DNA of 64,000 nucleotides. Source: Rhizaria sp. SCN 62-66 (lineage: Eukaryota). The position numbers were made by a program, and so were the translations under genes. The stretch is taken from contig MEDY01000066.1 in the NCBI GenBank assembly GCA_001724265.1, forward strand, positions 1 through 64,000. Reading direction: 5' to 3'. Position 1 is the stretch's first letter. The number at the start of each line of letters is the position of its first letter. Positions 35,285 through 47,370 of this stretch are shown piece by piece. The notes beneath the pieces are model-generated. The model did no database searches, was not told where the DNA came from, and worked only from the letters and a program-made list of their open reading frames with translations.

Positions 35285-38200
35285 TTAGATGTCCCAGTCG
35301 TCCTGTTCGATCTCGGCCAGTTTGCTGTTGAGCGCCGACACAGACTTGAACGCCGCCGCCGCAGGCGCCGCCGCCGGGGCAGGGGCGGGGACAGGGGCAG
35401 CAGCGGGCGCGGCAACGGGCGCAGCGACAGGGGCGGCGGCGGGGGCGGGCATGGGAGCGGGCATGGCGGTCGCGGGGGGCGAGAAGGCCGCGAACGCAGG
35501 CATTGCAGGCGCAGGCACAGGCGCAGGCGCAGGCGCGGGAGCCGCAACGGTGGCCGCAACAGGCGCAGGCGCAGCGGTCACGGGCGACGGGAACGCAAAC
35601 GCAGGCGCAGCAGCCGCAGCGGGGGCAACAGGGGCAGCAGCCTGCGGCGAGGGGAATGCAGGCATCGCAGGCGCGGCGGCAGTGACCGGCGACGGGAATG
35701 CTGGGACGGCAGCGGTGGCGGCGGCGGGCGAGGGGAAAGCGGGCATGACAGGCGCAGCGGCAGGCGCTGCGGCGGCGGCAGGGGCGGCGGGGAAGGTCGG
35801 GTTGGGGAAAGCCGGCAGCGCAGCAGTAGCAGGCGCAGGCGCAGGCGCAGCAGCAGCAGCAGCAAAGGCAGAAGCAGCAGGGGCGGCGACAGGGGCGGCG
35901 GCGCTAGCGGTGATGCTGGGGCTGGTGGTGGGAGGCGCGAGGCCGAAAGGGGAGCCAAACGGGGACACAACAGCAGCAGCAGCAGGCGCAGGCGCGGGCG
36001 CGGCGACGGGGGCAGCGACGGCGGCGGCGGGGGACGCGAACGAGGGGAACGCGGCGAAAGGCGAGGCCGCGGCCGCGGGGGCGGCAGGAGCGGCGCTGGG
36101 GAAGGCGGGGAACGTGGGGGTCGCGCCGACGGCAGAGCCTGTGGTGCTCGAGGGGAAGGCCGGGAACGCTGGGGCGGCGGCGCCGAACGCGGCGCTGAAT
36201 GGGCTTGCAGCGGGGGCCGCGGCGGGGGGGCTGGCGCTAGCGGGGCCGAAGCCGGCAGAGTCGAAGAATGAGTCCGCCTCGGTGCTCTTGGCAGCCGCGG
36301 CGGCGGCGGCGGCGGCGGCCGCAGCAGCGGCGGAAGCGGCAGATTGGCGGGCGATCTCGGCCGCGGCGTCCTGGCGGGCCTTCTCGGCGGCGGCGGTGGC
36401 CGCGGCGGCCGCGGCATCGGCGGCCTGCTTGCGCGCGGCCTCCTGCGCCTCCAGACGGAGCTGCTCCTCGGCGCGGCGCCTGGAGAGAGCAAGCAAACAA
36501 GAACAACAAAAGCAAAGCAAAAGAGTGGTTGTGGGAGAAAAAAAAGTTCAGTGAGATTGGTGCAAGATTTTCGACTCAAAGCGTCGGTACAACAAAGAAC
36601 TGGAATGCCTTTGAATACATGCACTGAATTGAATTAAATCTACGGTAAATAAAGTTAAGCCGTACCTAGCGTCCTCTTCAGCCCTGCGTACAGCCTCGAG
36701 ACGGAGCCTCTCGGCCTCGGCCGCGGCTGCCGCAGCCGCAGCCGCTGCAGCCGCAGCGGCCGCCGCAGCAGCCGCAGCCTCCTCCTCGGCCCTGCGGCGA
36801 GCCTCCTCCTCAATGGCGCGGCGCGCTGCGGCCTCGGCGGCGGCGGCGGCGGCGGCCTCGTCGGCGCGGCGGCGCGCCTCGGCCTCGGCCGCCGCGAGCG
36901 CCTCCTGCTGCGCGCGCGCGGCCGCGGCCTCGGCCTCAGCGGCGCGGCGCGCGTCAACCGTCGCGGCGTTCTGTTCGGCGGCCGCCAGGAGCGGCAGGTA
37001 AGCCTGCTTCGCGGCGTCGGTAAAAGGGCCGCCGCACCGCGCGGCGACCGCCGCGGCCTCGGCGGAGGCGGCGGCGCGCTCGCGGCCCGCGCACAGCACT
37101 GTGGTCATGATGTCCTTCGTGTAAACGCCGCTGTGGAGGTGAAAGGCAAGAACAAGTCGTGGGATATGCCACATGAAAATAAAAGCACGTTTGGTGAGTG
37201 AAAACAAAGTCAATGAAAGCCACATTTAGCAAATAGCAAGAAAATATGGTTATACACATAATTATTGAAAATATCAGTAAAATATAATTGTTTCGCAGAG
37301 ATCATAAAACGTACCGCGCGGCGAGGTAGTCCGAGGCGGCGACGGTGCAGGGCGCGGGGTAGCGGCCGCTCTGCGTCCAGTAGGTCTCGACCTGCGCCGC
37401 GAGCGCGAGGTCGGGAAACAGCTCGGGGCTCTCCTCGGGCGCGGCGATGGAGGGCGCGACCAGCTCGGGGGCAATCTCGCGCCACTGGCGCACTGTCTCA
37501 GCCAGCGCGGAGGGCTTGTAGGCGCGCACCAGCGCTGCGGCCTCGGCGCCGCGGTCCAGGCTCAGCAGCAGCGCGGAGCAGCGCGCGACGTCGCCGATGA
37601 GCAGCAGCGCGATGAAGGCGATGTTGGGCGCGGTCGCGGCCGCGTGGGAGCCCAGCCAGAGCATGCCTTCGCGGTGGCCGAGGGAAGAGTACAGCAGCAA
37701 CAGCGAGCGGTAGTCGTTGCCGCGGGAGAAGCAGAGCTGCGCGAGCGGAAGGTTGAAGCCGTGGGCGAGCGCGGCGTCGCCCAGCTGGCGCCAGCGCAGC
37801 TCAGCGTCCGAGGCCGAGAGTCCAAGCCCGGGCCCCGCAGCAGAGAGCGCCAACAGGATGCCGCGCGCCGTGTCGAGCTTGCGCGACTGCAGCGCGTAGT
37901 CGAAGCGCTCGAAGGGGTCGCGCGACACGCGCAGCGCGAGCTCAAACTGGCCGCGCGCCTCGAGGAACTTGGAGAGCTTGGGCTGGCGCGCGAGTGGGAT
38001 ACGCGGAAGCACGAGCATGGCCTCGGCCTCGCGGCCGCTCGCCACCAGCGTCTGGAACTTGACCACGTCGGAGAGCAGCGAGTAGGTAATGAGCGAGAGG
38101 GAGCGGTCCAGCAGAATCACGCGGTTCTCGCGGGGCAGGTAGCCCAGCACCGTCATGTGGCGCTCCAGGTTGCTCACAGTCTAGAAATATTAAGAAAAAA

Positions 38201-40095
38201 AGTGGGAGTGGGGGAATTGTGAGATGATCATTGCGATATGATATGAAGATATGCGAGATAAAAAGAAAGAATACACTGAATATAGCTATAGATTATCCTA
38301 AGATGTTTAATTTTCGACTTCGTTCAGAAATAAAGTCGATAGAACTTAAAGAAAGCAAAAAGATGATGAAAGGCTTGGTTAAAACTGGACATACCTGCAC
38401 GCCGCCGGCCATGGTGTACTGGAGCTTCATGCTCTTGGTGGTGAAGAGGAACGATTCGCCAACGAAGCAGCCCGAGGTGACGGCCTCCTCGACCTCCTGC
38501 TCGAGCTCGAAGGCGCCCTCGATGCCCTCGTCGGGGATCTCGGTGCCCTGCGTGAGGTACTGCTCCACCAGGGCCTTGTTGTGGCGCAGGATGAAGACGC
38601 TCTCCTCGCACACGAGCGCAACCGTGTGCCCGCTCTCGGACCACAGCACCTCGCGCGGCGCCACCTCGATGCGCTGCACGACGGCCTTGCCGTCCCAGTC
38701 GTAGAAGTCGACGGCCTCGGCGCTGGTGACGGCCAGCATGTGGCCGCCGAAGATCCCTTCGGCGGGCGCGGCGGGGCAGAAGACGCGCGTCGACGCAAAG
38801 CCCTGCAGGATGCGCACGCACTGCGGCGTCTCGAGTGCCGCCAGCCGATCACCCGTGGCGAACTGCAGGCCGGCCGAGGGCGCGCACCACGCGAGCTGCT
38901 TGGCCTGCCCGTGGTGGTGCGTCGCGAAAGTAAGCGCGGTGTAGATCACGTACTCGCCGTCGCCGCACACGGCCACGAAGCGGCCATTGGGCGCGTGGCG
39001 CACGGCCGACGGGTAGATCTCAGTCGTCGCGGCCTCCTTGGCGCCCGCGCTGGGCAGGTAGCGCTCACCGTCGGTCGTGTTGGGGTCGATGTCGCGGAGA
39101 CGCGTCTGCAGCAGCGTGGTGTTCTTGACCCAGACGACCTTGCCGCTGGCAAGATCGAGCGACGCCACGGGGTCCTCGGAGCCGAGCCGCGCGACGACGG
39201 TGCCGTCGTCGTAGCCGATGGCGAGCTTGCGCGAGCCGGGGAGGCAGGCGAGTGCCCACGCGCGCGCCATGCCGAAACGCAGCGTCTCCTCAAGGCGAAA
39301 CGTCGCTGTGTGCCAGAGCTTAACGTTACCGTCCTCGGAGCCGGTGATGAGCAGCGGCAGGTCCGGGTGGAAGCACACCGAGGACACGTTGCCGGGCTCG
39401 GGCTCGGTGGTCGAGACGGCCAGCGTGGACACGCACGTGCGCGACTGGTAGTCCCAGATCTTAACGGTGAAGTCGTCCGCGGCCGATGCGATGTACGGGT
39501 GCTCCGTCGAGGGATGGTACGTCGCGCTGTTGACGCCGTCGGTGTGTCCTTCGAGCGTGAAGTGCGGGATGGGCGAGGTGACGCCCCAGACCTTGACGGT
39601 GCGGTCGAGCGAGGCCGAGCAGAAGGTCGTGGCGTCCTTCGGGTTCCACTCGACGGACATAACCAGGTCGTAGTGGCCGTCGTATTCCATCATCATGTCC
39701 CAGTTCTTGTCCCAGTTCCACAGACGAATTTTGCGATCGTCGCCGGCCGTGAGCACATAGGGCAGAGTGGGATGCACCGCGATGGCGCGGATCGAGCCGT
39801 CGTGGGCCTGGAACATGGCGACGCGCTCCATGGTGTTGTAGTTGTACACGCGCACGGTGGCGTCGTCGCCGCCGCAGATGATCCACTGCTTGGCGACAGC
39901 GAAGCGCGCAGAGCGGATGGCGTCGGCCGAGGCGTCGATGGTCTTGACCATGGTCTGGGTCTCGTAGTTCCAGATGAACACCTGGCCGTTGTGGAGGCCC
40001 GTGAGCAGCCAGGGCGAGCGCGGGTGGAAGTCCACGCTCTTAACGCGCGCCGAGCGGGCGGTCATCTCGCGCTGCACATCGAGGTGGAGCGGCAT
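35285..40095 (-). CDS. COPB2: Coatomer subunit beta' with long C-terminal extension
   Basis: Exons 40095-38395, 38180-37315, 37130-36666, 36479-35285. RSARVKSVDFHP, WD40 repeats (IRAIAVHPTLPY, SASLDRTVKVW, FTLEGH, KIWDYQ), NGRFVAVCGDGEYVIYTAL and the alpha-solenoid RWRQLGDAAL. Stop TAA. Confidence 0.93.
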
Positions 40096-40862
40096 CTGGG
40101 ACAGCGGGGGGCGAGCACGCAGGCAGGCACTGACGCGACGGGGGGGAAAGGGTTGTTGGGGAGGGAACGGCTCACCGGGAGGGTTAAGCCGGGTCTAATC
40201 GGGGAGTATAAAAGCGTTTGTTGTTTGGCATAGTAAAAACAGAAAGAAAGGGGTTCATGGGAAAGTGTGAGATGAAGATGAAGGCGAGTGATACGGGGAG
40301 AGAGGCGCATCGAGTCTAAAGGGTGTAAAAGGATAGATTCTCAACAGGACCACCGCCAGTAGCAGTGGAAAAACGAGAGTAAACACAGCCGCCCGGCATC
40401 TACCTATGTGTTCAATTACACCGTCATAAATTACCAGCACGGTCCTCTGCATGGTCGAATCGCGTCGCCCACAGCTGGGTGACACAGCGAAGGATCTTCG
40501 TCGTCGCTGCAGTCGGCCACTTAGCTGCTGCTCACGGTCACTCGCCAGTCGTGGTGGACCGCGACTCCAGTCTGCGGGTCGCTGGGCTGCGCGGGAGAGG
40601 GCATAGCGCATGTCGCCAGTTCGAGGTTGAAACATTAAATTTATAATTATATTTAAGCTGTCGCAATCTCTCTTAAGTTGTTTCCCCGTTGCTATTCAAC
40701 GCTGTTCATATAGTCTAAAATGATCCCGCGCGAACCAGCAGGCCCACCAGCGTTGGTTTGCTCACACCATGTCTGTCCCTCTCACCTCGTCTCTTGCTCT
40801 CACTTGTACGCTCTGCCTCTTGTTCCGTTGCTTTGTCCACTCGGCGCAGGTACTTCGTCGCC

Positions 40863-41798
40863 ATGCCGCACTACGACTTCTGTTGCATTGCGACCAGCGC
40901 AGCGTCTTCGCAGCGCCTCACCACCCTCGTCCGCCGCGTGGCCCTGGAGCTGCAGAAGCGCGGCGGCGTCGTCCGCAAGGTCGAGCACTACGGCCTCCGC
41001 CCGCTTGCCTACCCCATCAAGGCTCACTCGCGCAACCACGAGGTCGGCCGCTACTTCCGCATCCAGGTGCAGGCCTCGCCCGTGACGGCGGACCTCATCT
41101 CGGACGCGATCAAGAACGACGAGAGCATCATCCGCCACCGCCACTTCGTTGGCCCCACCATCGACACGCGCGCCGCGGCCTCCGTCCCGCTTAAGCACCT
41201 CCCCGATCTCTCCGAGGCGCACTACGACGCGCTGCGCCGCACCACGAACATCGACTACTTCGTCGCGCGCACGCTGCTCAAGCTGGGCAAGATCACGCCC
41301 GATGAGATCGTCGCTCTGGGCACGCACACGCCCGCCATGACGCCCGCCGCGCCCCCGCAGCACGCCGTGCCGGCCATCCTCCCGCGCCCGCTGCCCGCGG
41401 CCTCGGGCCCGCTCAGCACGGAGCTGCTCCGCGAGCGTCGCGACACGTTGTCGATGGACATCCCCGGCGTGGCCGCCGTTGACGAGGCCGACCTGCCCTC
41501 GGACGACCCGCTCAAGTCGCTGCTCGACGCGCTGCGCCCTGAGGGCCCGGCGCCCGTGGTCGCGGTCCCGCGCGCCGAGGCCGCGCTGCCCACGGCGTTG
41601 GCGGACGAGCTGGCGCGCGCGCAGGCCGCGCACTCGGAGGCGGTGCTGGCGCACATGGCCACGCGCACCGAGCTGGCCGTCGACATCGCCGCCAGCGCGC
41701 AGCGCAGCGAGGGCAACATGCAGCGCGCCGCGGCGTACTTTGCCGAGAACAGCGGCAAGGGCTACTCGCCCCTCGCGGACCTCGACAAGCAGCAGTAA
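40863..41798 (+). CDS. MRPS6: Mitochondrial ribosomal protein bS6m with C-terminal extension
   Basis: MPHYD...RGGVVRKVEHYGLRPLAYPIK...H..GRYF...DESIIRH is an S6 signature. Single exon, stop TAA. Confidence 0.85.
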   Translation: MPHYDFCCIATSAASSQRLTTLVRRVALELQKRGGVVRKVEHYGLRPLAYPIKAHSRNHEVGRYFRIQVQASPVTADLISDAIKNDESIIRHRHFVGPTIDTRAAASVPLKHLPDLSEAHYDALRRTTNIDYFVARTLLKLGKITPDEIVALGTHTPAMTPAAPPQHAVPAILPRPLPAASGPLSTELLRERRDTLSMDIPGVAAVDEADLPSDDPLKSLLDALRPEGPAPVVAVPRAEAALPTALADELARAQAAHSEAVLAHMATRTELAVDIAASAQRSEGNMQRAAAYFAENSGKGYSPLADLDKQQ

Positions 41799-42735
41799 GT
41801 GAGGATGCCGCGATCCCGTGAGCAATGGTCAGCAGGAATCAACCAGCCTTGATACGGGTGCTGCTGCGCTGCGACACGTCTCTCGACAGTAAGCCTGAGC
41901 CGGTTTGTCACAACACACAACATACTCAGCAGCTGGTAGCGGCGACAAGGCACAGCGCATGTAGTCACAGCAGCTCAAGAAAGCACTCAGTTCGCCTCTG
42001 TAACCGAAAAGCAACCAGTGATCTCGTGAGTTTTCTTGTGTTTGCGGTGCAACTGCTGCGACATCCTGTTTTTGCCTTTTGTTGAGTTTTGTTAATGTTG
42101 ATGGAATTTATAAGTATTATAATGTGTGTGTCTTTGTTTGTTTTTGTTTATATTATCATAGCACAGCAAAGATAACACACAGTACGTAGCCTCTCCTTTT
42201 TTTTTTCTCGTTTCGTTTTTCGTTTTGCTTTTATTTTTCACTCGCGTGGCTCTTTTTTAGTCGACAGAGTCACCTTATTTACAAGTCAGTAGTCGTATAT
42301 GTTTTTTAAAACAACTACAATAATGGCACAAGCCTTGTCTTCCTTCTCATTTCTAGATGAACACAGCGGAGACATAGAACCTGCGTCGACAAAAACAAAC
42401 ACAAACAAGTATTATTATTATTATTACACAAACGTAGTTTATTGTATTCTAATATTATATCAATACACAAATTACACCTTTAATCATGCATGTCGCAAAT
42501 AAACAAGGAATAACTTTGAATGCGCAGTTTTGATTGCGATCACGAAATGTAGTTGTGTATGTATCGATTTTTAAGTACAGGTACTTCAGCTAATATAAAA
42601 TAAGGTATAAATAGATTTTTAGTTGTTTAACTAATGCAATTATGATCTGGCATAACATAATACGACAGCGTTTCAGTGTGTCATAGTTAGAGAAACCCAA
42701 CTTAACTCAAAGTCAAGCCAGGGTATCCGTCCTTC

Positions 42736-45700
42736 TTAGTCATCAAAGTCGCTGAAGCTGCCGCTGCTAAAGCTCCCCGTGGCAAACCCGGTAACGTAGT
42801 CGTCGTCATCGTCGTCGACAGGCGTGCGCCACTCGCCGCCCACCCATTCGCGGTCGCCGGCCTCCGCCTCATTGGCCGCGCCCACGGCCGCACTCGCATG
42901 CGAACTCGCATTCACGGGCGCAGCGGCAGAGGCGGCGTCCACAGCGGTACGGCCGGCATCGGCAGTGACAGCAGCGTTGTTGCTGCTCAGGACAGCAGAG
43001 GCAGAGTCAACGGTGGCAGAAGTGAGTGAGCTTGCCACATTGCCGCCGCCGCTGAAGCCCTTGGCGGCGGCAGCGGTGGCGGCGTCGATGGCGCTTGAGG
43101 CAGCAGCCCCGGCGGCGACGGCGCCGGCAACGGCGCCAAGGCCAGGGACAGCAGCCGCAGCAGCAGCGGCGGGGGCGGGGGCAGCGACAACGGCAATAGG
43201 CGCAGCGGCGGCAGAGGCAGAGGCGAGTGTGACCGGCGCCGCGACGGCCGCCACGTAAGCCAGGCGTGCAAACAGCCCGCTGCCGACACCGCTGCCGCCG
43301 CCGCTGCTGACGTTGCCCCGGACCGCGGCGGTGGTGGAGTTGACTGCGCCGCTGACTGTGCCGAGTGCGTCAGCCAACATGTCCCGCAGACGCTTGTCGC
43401 CGAAACGGCCGTGCACGTAGCTAGTCGGGGCAGTCGCATGAGCATTGACATTCGCACTCGAGCTGGCGTTGTTGTTCCTCGATTGTTGTTGCTGCAGCTG
43501 TTGCTGAGAAACAAAGTTAGCACCCGCATTAGCGTTGTTGTTGCTGTTGTTGTCGAGAGAATTATTGATGTTGTTGATGTACGTGTTCAACGCGGGGTAG
43601 TCGCGTCTAAGGGCACTTACACGGGTAAGTACCTCTTTAGACGCCGGCAGCACCTTGCCCATGACACTGCTCACCGTGTCGTCCATCGACTTGCGCGCGT
43701 GAGTCATCGCTGCTGTATTATTGCGCACAGTCGCGCTCACGGTTGCGCTCACGGTCTCGGCCAGGGCTTTGGCGGCGGCGGTCACCGCGGTGGCGCCAAC
43801 GGTGGGGCTACCGGCAGCGGGATGGCCGTGCTGACTCTGGCTCTGAATCTGGCTCTGGCTCTGGTGAGCAGGGCTTGAGTGACTGTGGCCAGCAAAGTGA
43901 CCGTGAGCAGAGTGACCGTGAGCGTGGTGATTGAGCACATGGACAGAATGGCCAGGCGCAACATTGTGACTATGACCGTGATTATTACTCGCGTGCACAC
44001 TATTGTTCACGTTTGCAGCAACCATGGCGGGAATCGCCGTCGCCACCGCGTCCTCCCCCTTAGCCATCGCAGCCACGGCCTTGCCCTTTGCGTACAGCAC
44101 CCAGGTCCGGATCTTGGGCGGGCACGTCGCGGGGTAGCTACCCATATTCCCCGGGGCACTTAGACTGTGAGGGGCGTTCATGCTCGCACCAGCAGCTGCC
44201 GCAGCCGTGCCGTTATCAGGAGCGCTAACGCTGGCAGCGTTGCCGTGGGTGGCGTGGGTGACTGTGACCGCGTGAGAGGACAGCAAGCGCTCGGTAGCAG
44301 CGGCAACGGCGTCTGTGTCAACAGGATCGGCACGCGCAGTCGCAGAAGCAGCAGCGACAACAGAGGCGGCGCCGGCACGACTGCTATCGAAAACAGCAGC
44401 AGGAGCAGTGGTAGCCGACTGATGCTCCGTGTTGATGTAGCCGCAAGCACTGTTGCTCTCAGCGGTGGCAACGCCACTGTTTTGACTCACGACGACATCG
44501 CTGTTGCGCAGCACAAACGCATCGGTCACGCTTGCGCTCTCGTGGGCACTCCCATTCGCGCTGTCAGAGTGACCGTGGGCGTAGGCGTGGGCGTGGGCGC
44601 ACGCACCGTTGCCATGACTTGTGTTGTAGCCGGTGCCACTAACGACAGCCTTCGCAGCCTGTGTGGCTTGCACAGCGGCAGCACCAGCAGCACCAGAAGC
44701 AGCACCAGCAGCAGCAGCTGTCGTGGTGTTGTTGCGGGGACGGCGCCGCACGGCCGAGGCCGCCGTGAAGGCCAGCTTGGCTGTGGCAGCCGCAGCCGCC
44801 TTGGCGCGCGAGATCGGGCAGCACAGTGCGCCTGCGGCGGCGGCGGCGGCGCTGCGGCGGCGGGCCACCACGGCCGCCGCGGCGGAGGCGGCGGAGGCAG
44901 CGAAAGTGGCGTCACTGTAGCCAGCGCCAGAGCTAGACGTCGCAGAGTCAGATCTGAGAGACGCGTAAGTGGGGGGAAGTAAGGGGGTCGCGTTGCACAT
45001 GCCCGTGGCGTGGTAAGTGCAGTCGGGACTTACATTCGCGCCTGTGGGGTTATTGTAGTGACTGCTCGCATTCTTGGTGCGAGTGCAGCCGTTGTTGTTA
45101 TTGTTGCTGTTGTTGTTGTTGTTGTGACTCGTGTAGTGGTGGCGGTACTTGTCCTGGCCCCGGTCGAAGAAGGCGCCGATCGAGCCCCGGTGGCGGCTGT
45201 AGAAGGCGGCAAACGCGGCCGGCAGCGCGGCCCGGGCCTTGCTGCGGAGCTTGCTCAGCACGTGGGCAGATAGCGACAGCGACGCGTAGGGGTCGGCATC
45301 CGCGGCGGCGGCGACGGGAGAGTGACCGTGGGCAGCAGAGTGACTGTGGGCAGCAGTGACGACGGGGTGACTGTGGGTGATCGGGTGACTGTGAGACACC
45401 GCAGCAAGAGCAACATCACTCTGACTCTGACTCTGAATCTGACTGTGAGCGGACGAGTCAGTCTCATAAGCTGCTGCTGCAACAACAGCAGGAGCGCTCG
45501 GAGTATCAGCCGGAGCTTGCCGGGTGATACTCACACAGTCACTGTGGTGCCCAGTGCTCAGCTCGCTGCTCACGGTCACTTGTGCAGTGCTGTTGACAGA
45601 CTCGGGCGCACTCACAGCGACCGTGGGCAGAGCAGCGACCGTGGGCACAGTCGCGGTGACCGTGGGCAGGTGAGATGTGACTGTGGGCAGCACAGCAGCG

Positions 45701-47370
45701 TTGGTATTCCCGACACCAGCATCACTGACAACCGTGTTACCAGTGCTAGTCTCTGTGCCGCTGCCATTGCTGTCCGTATTGATGATGTTTTTGTTGATGT
45801 TATTGATCTCACTTGGTTGACTCTGGCTGTTGTAGCAGCCGCAGCGCTCCTTATCACACTTGCCGCCACTACGAGCCTGAGCCGGAGACTGCGACTGAGA
45901 CTGGCTCTGGCTCTGTGCTTGAGGCTGCGACTGGGACTGGGACTGCTGTCCATTCGCACCCGCACCCGCGATATTACTGTTACTGCCCGCGTTGCTGCTC
46001 TTAGCGAGCGCACTGGTGGGCGGCAGCGGCGACAGCAGACAGTACCCGCGCGGCCGCTCAGTAAGCTTGTCGTGCGGCAGCATCGCGGCCCACAGCCGCG
46101 GCACACTCACCCAGAACGAGGGGTACTTAAAGCGCGCCACGTCTAGCACAAGCACCGAGTCAGAGGCGGCGTGGTAGCCCGCCAGTGGTGACATATGGCC
46201 GTCGCCGGTCTGCCCCAGCGCCTTGCGCGAGAAGGACACGACGAGGGCCGCCTTGAGCCCGCCACGGGCAGGGTTACCGTGCGGCGCCGAGGCGAACGCA
46301 GGGTTGATCACGGCCGGGTTCGAGGCGACCTGGTGCAGCAGCGCGCGGAAGTGGTCGATCGAGGTCAGGTCGGCGCGGAAGTCCTGCGCAAGGACCCCGT
46401 GGCAGCGCGAGAGGGAGGAGAACTGGCGGAATGTCATCCCCTCGTCCCGGATCACCGACATCGGCGTGCAGCACTCGAGCATTTCCTCGGAGAACCAACG
46501 CCACGGCAGCTTCCAGTTGCGACCAGGGTCGACGCCGAGCGCGTTGAGACACATGGTGAGCGTCGTGATGGCGCAGTAAGCGGGCTCGGCCTGCGTGGTG
46601 AACTGCTCTGCGAGCGGGAAGTAGCACTCCATGGTGCCGTCTGCAAGCGCCTCGGTAAAGAGCCGCCGGCCCTGTGGTGAGTTGAACGGGATCAGGTCCG
46701 CGGGCAGGTCGCGGCGGTAGAAGGACCAGTCAGCGGGCGGCTGCCATTGCGGGCTTGCGGCCAGCCCGCAGCCGCTGGCAGTCACCGGCGTCGCCGTCCC
46801 GCCCGCGCACGCGCGCGCAAGGTGCGACGAGACGGCGCGGGGCGCGCGCGGCGTGCTCGCGCGCGTGGGGGACGCAAGAACGCCAGGACTGGTGCTAGAG
46901 CTGACGCTGTGTGAGCTGACGCTGACGAGGGGCACGGAGGGCATAGAAGCAGAGGCCGAAGACGCCTGGGCAGGTGATGCGGGCGAAACTGTCGTCGTGG
47001 CTGAGACTGGGGGGGCTGCTGAGGCAGTCGCAGAGGAAACGGAAACAATCGCTGACGGGGATTCAGTTGTTGTTGCTGTTGTGAGATTGGTATTGGAGCT
47101 GTTACTGGGAGCTGATGAGCAAAACGCAGCACAGGGGGCGCTCGCCACCGCGGCCGTTGCGAGGTTCGTGTTGTTGTGCGCACTGTTGATACTTCCACTG
47201 TGCAGAGAGCGGAGGCGCAGCGCGACCTGTGCCGCATGCTGGAGCTGTTGCAGCTGCTGCAACTGCTGCTGGTGCTCCATTGCGAGCTCCCTCAGCAGCT
47301 GCTGCGTGTGGGGCGCCGAGGCGGCCGTGTTTAAGACTCGGGAGGCAGATCGGTGACAACGTGCCAGCAT
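42736..47370 (-). CDS. PCS: Phytochelatin synthase (papain-like), 1544 aa with long low-complexity His-rich tail
   Basis: SFYRR.LP, FTTQAEPAYC (catalytic Cys), LNALGVDPGR.WK.PWRWFSEEML.CC, LGQTGDGHMSPL (His) and VLVLDVARFKYP.FWV (Asp), domain at about 46050-46730. Single ORF, stop TAA. Confidence 0.92.
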   Translation of the reverse strand: MLARCHRSASRVLNTAASAPHTQQLLRELAMEHQQQLQQLQQLQHAAQVALRLRSLHSGSINSAHNNTNLATAAVASAPCAAFCSSAPSNSSNTNLTTATTTESPSAIVSVSSATASAAPPVSATTTVSPASPAQASSASASMPSVPLVSVSSHSVSSSTSPGVLASPTRASTPRAPRAVSSHLARACAGGTATPVTASGCGLAASPQWQPPADWSFYRRDLPADLIPFNSPQGRRLFTEALADGTMECYFPLAEQFTTQAEPAYCAITTLTMCLNALGVDPGRNWKLPWRWFSEEMLECCTPMSVIRDEGMTFRQFSSLSRCHGVLAQDFRADLTSIDHFRALLHQVASNPAVINPAFASAPHGNPARGGLKAALVVSFSRKALGQTGDGHMSPLAGYHAASDSVLVLDVARFKYPSFWVSVPRLWAAMLPHDKLTERPRGYCLLSPLPPTSALAKSSNAGSNSNIAGAGANGQQSQSQSQPQAQSQSQSQSQSPAQARSGGKCDKERCGCYNSQSQPSEINNINKNIINTDSNGSGTETSTGNTVVSDAGVGNTNAAVLPTVTSHLPTVTATVPTVAALPTVAVSAPESVNSTAQVTVSSELSTGHHSDCVSITRQAPADTPSAPAVVAAAAYETDSSAHSQIQSQSQSDVALAAVSHSHPITHSHPVVTAAHSHSAAHGHSPVAAAADADPYASLSLSAHVLSKLRSKARAALPAAFAAFYSRHRGSIGAFFDRGQDKYRHHYTSHNNNNNSNNNNNGCTRTKNASSHYNNPTGANVSPDCTYHATGMCNATPLLPPTYASLRSDSATSSSGAGYSDATFAASAASAAAAVVARRRSAAAAAAGALCCPISRAKAAAAATAKLAFTAASAVRRRPRNNTTTAAAAGAASGAAGAAAVQATQAAKAVVSGTGYNTSHGNGACAHAHAYAHGHSDSANGSAHESASVTDAFVLRNSDVVVSQNSGVATAESNSACGYINTEHQSATTAPAAVFDSSRAGAASVVAAASATARADPVDTDAVAAATERLLSSHAVTVTHATHGNAASVSAPDNGTAAAAAGASMNAPHSLSAPGNMGSYPATCPPKIRTWVLYAKGKAVAAMAKGEDAVATAIPAMVAANVNNSVHASNNHGHSHNVAPGHSVHVLNHHAHGHSAHGHFAGHSHSSPAHQSQSQIQSQSQHGHPAAGSPTVGATAVTAAAKALAETVSATVSATVRNNTAAMTHARKSMDDTVSSVMGKVLPASKEVLTRVSALRRDYPALNTYINNINNSLDNNSNNNANAGANFVSQQQLQQQQSRNNNASSSANVNAHATAPTSYVHGRFGDKRLRDMLADALGTVSGAVNSTTAAVRGNVSSGGGSGVGSGLFARLAYVAAVAAPVTLASASAAAAPIAVVAAPAPAAAAAAAVPGLGAVAGAVAAGAAASSAIDAATAAAAKGFSGGGNVASSLTSATVDSASAVLSSNNAAVTADAGRTAVDAASAAAPVNASSHASAAVGAANEAEAGDREWVGGEWRTPVDDDDDDYVTGFATGSFSSGSFSDFDD

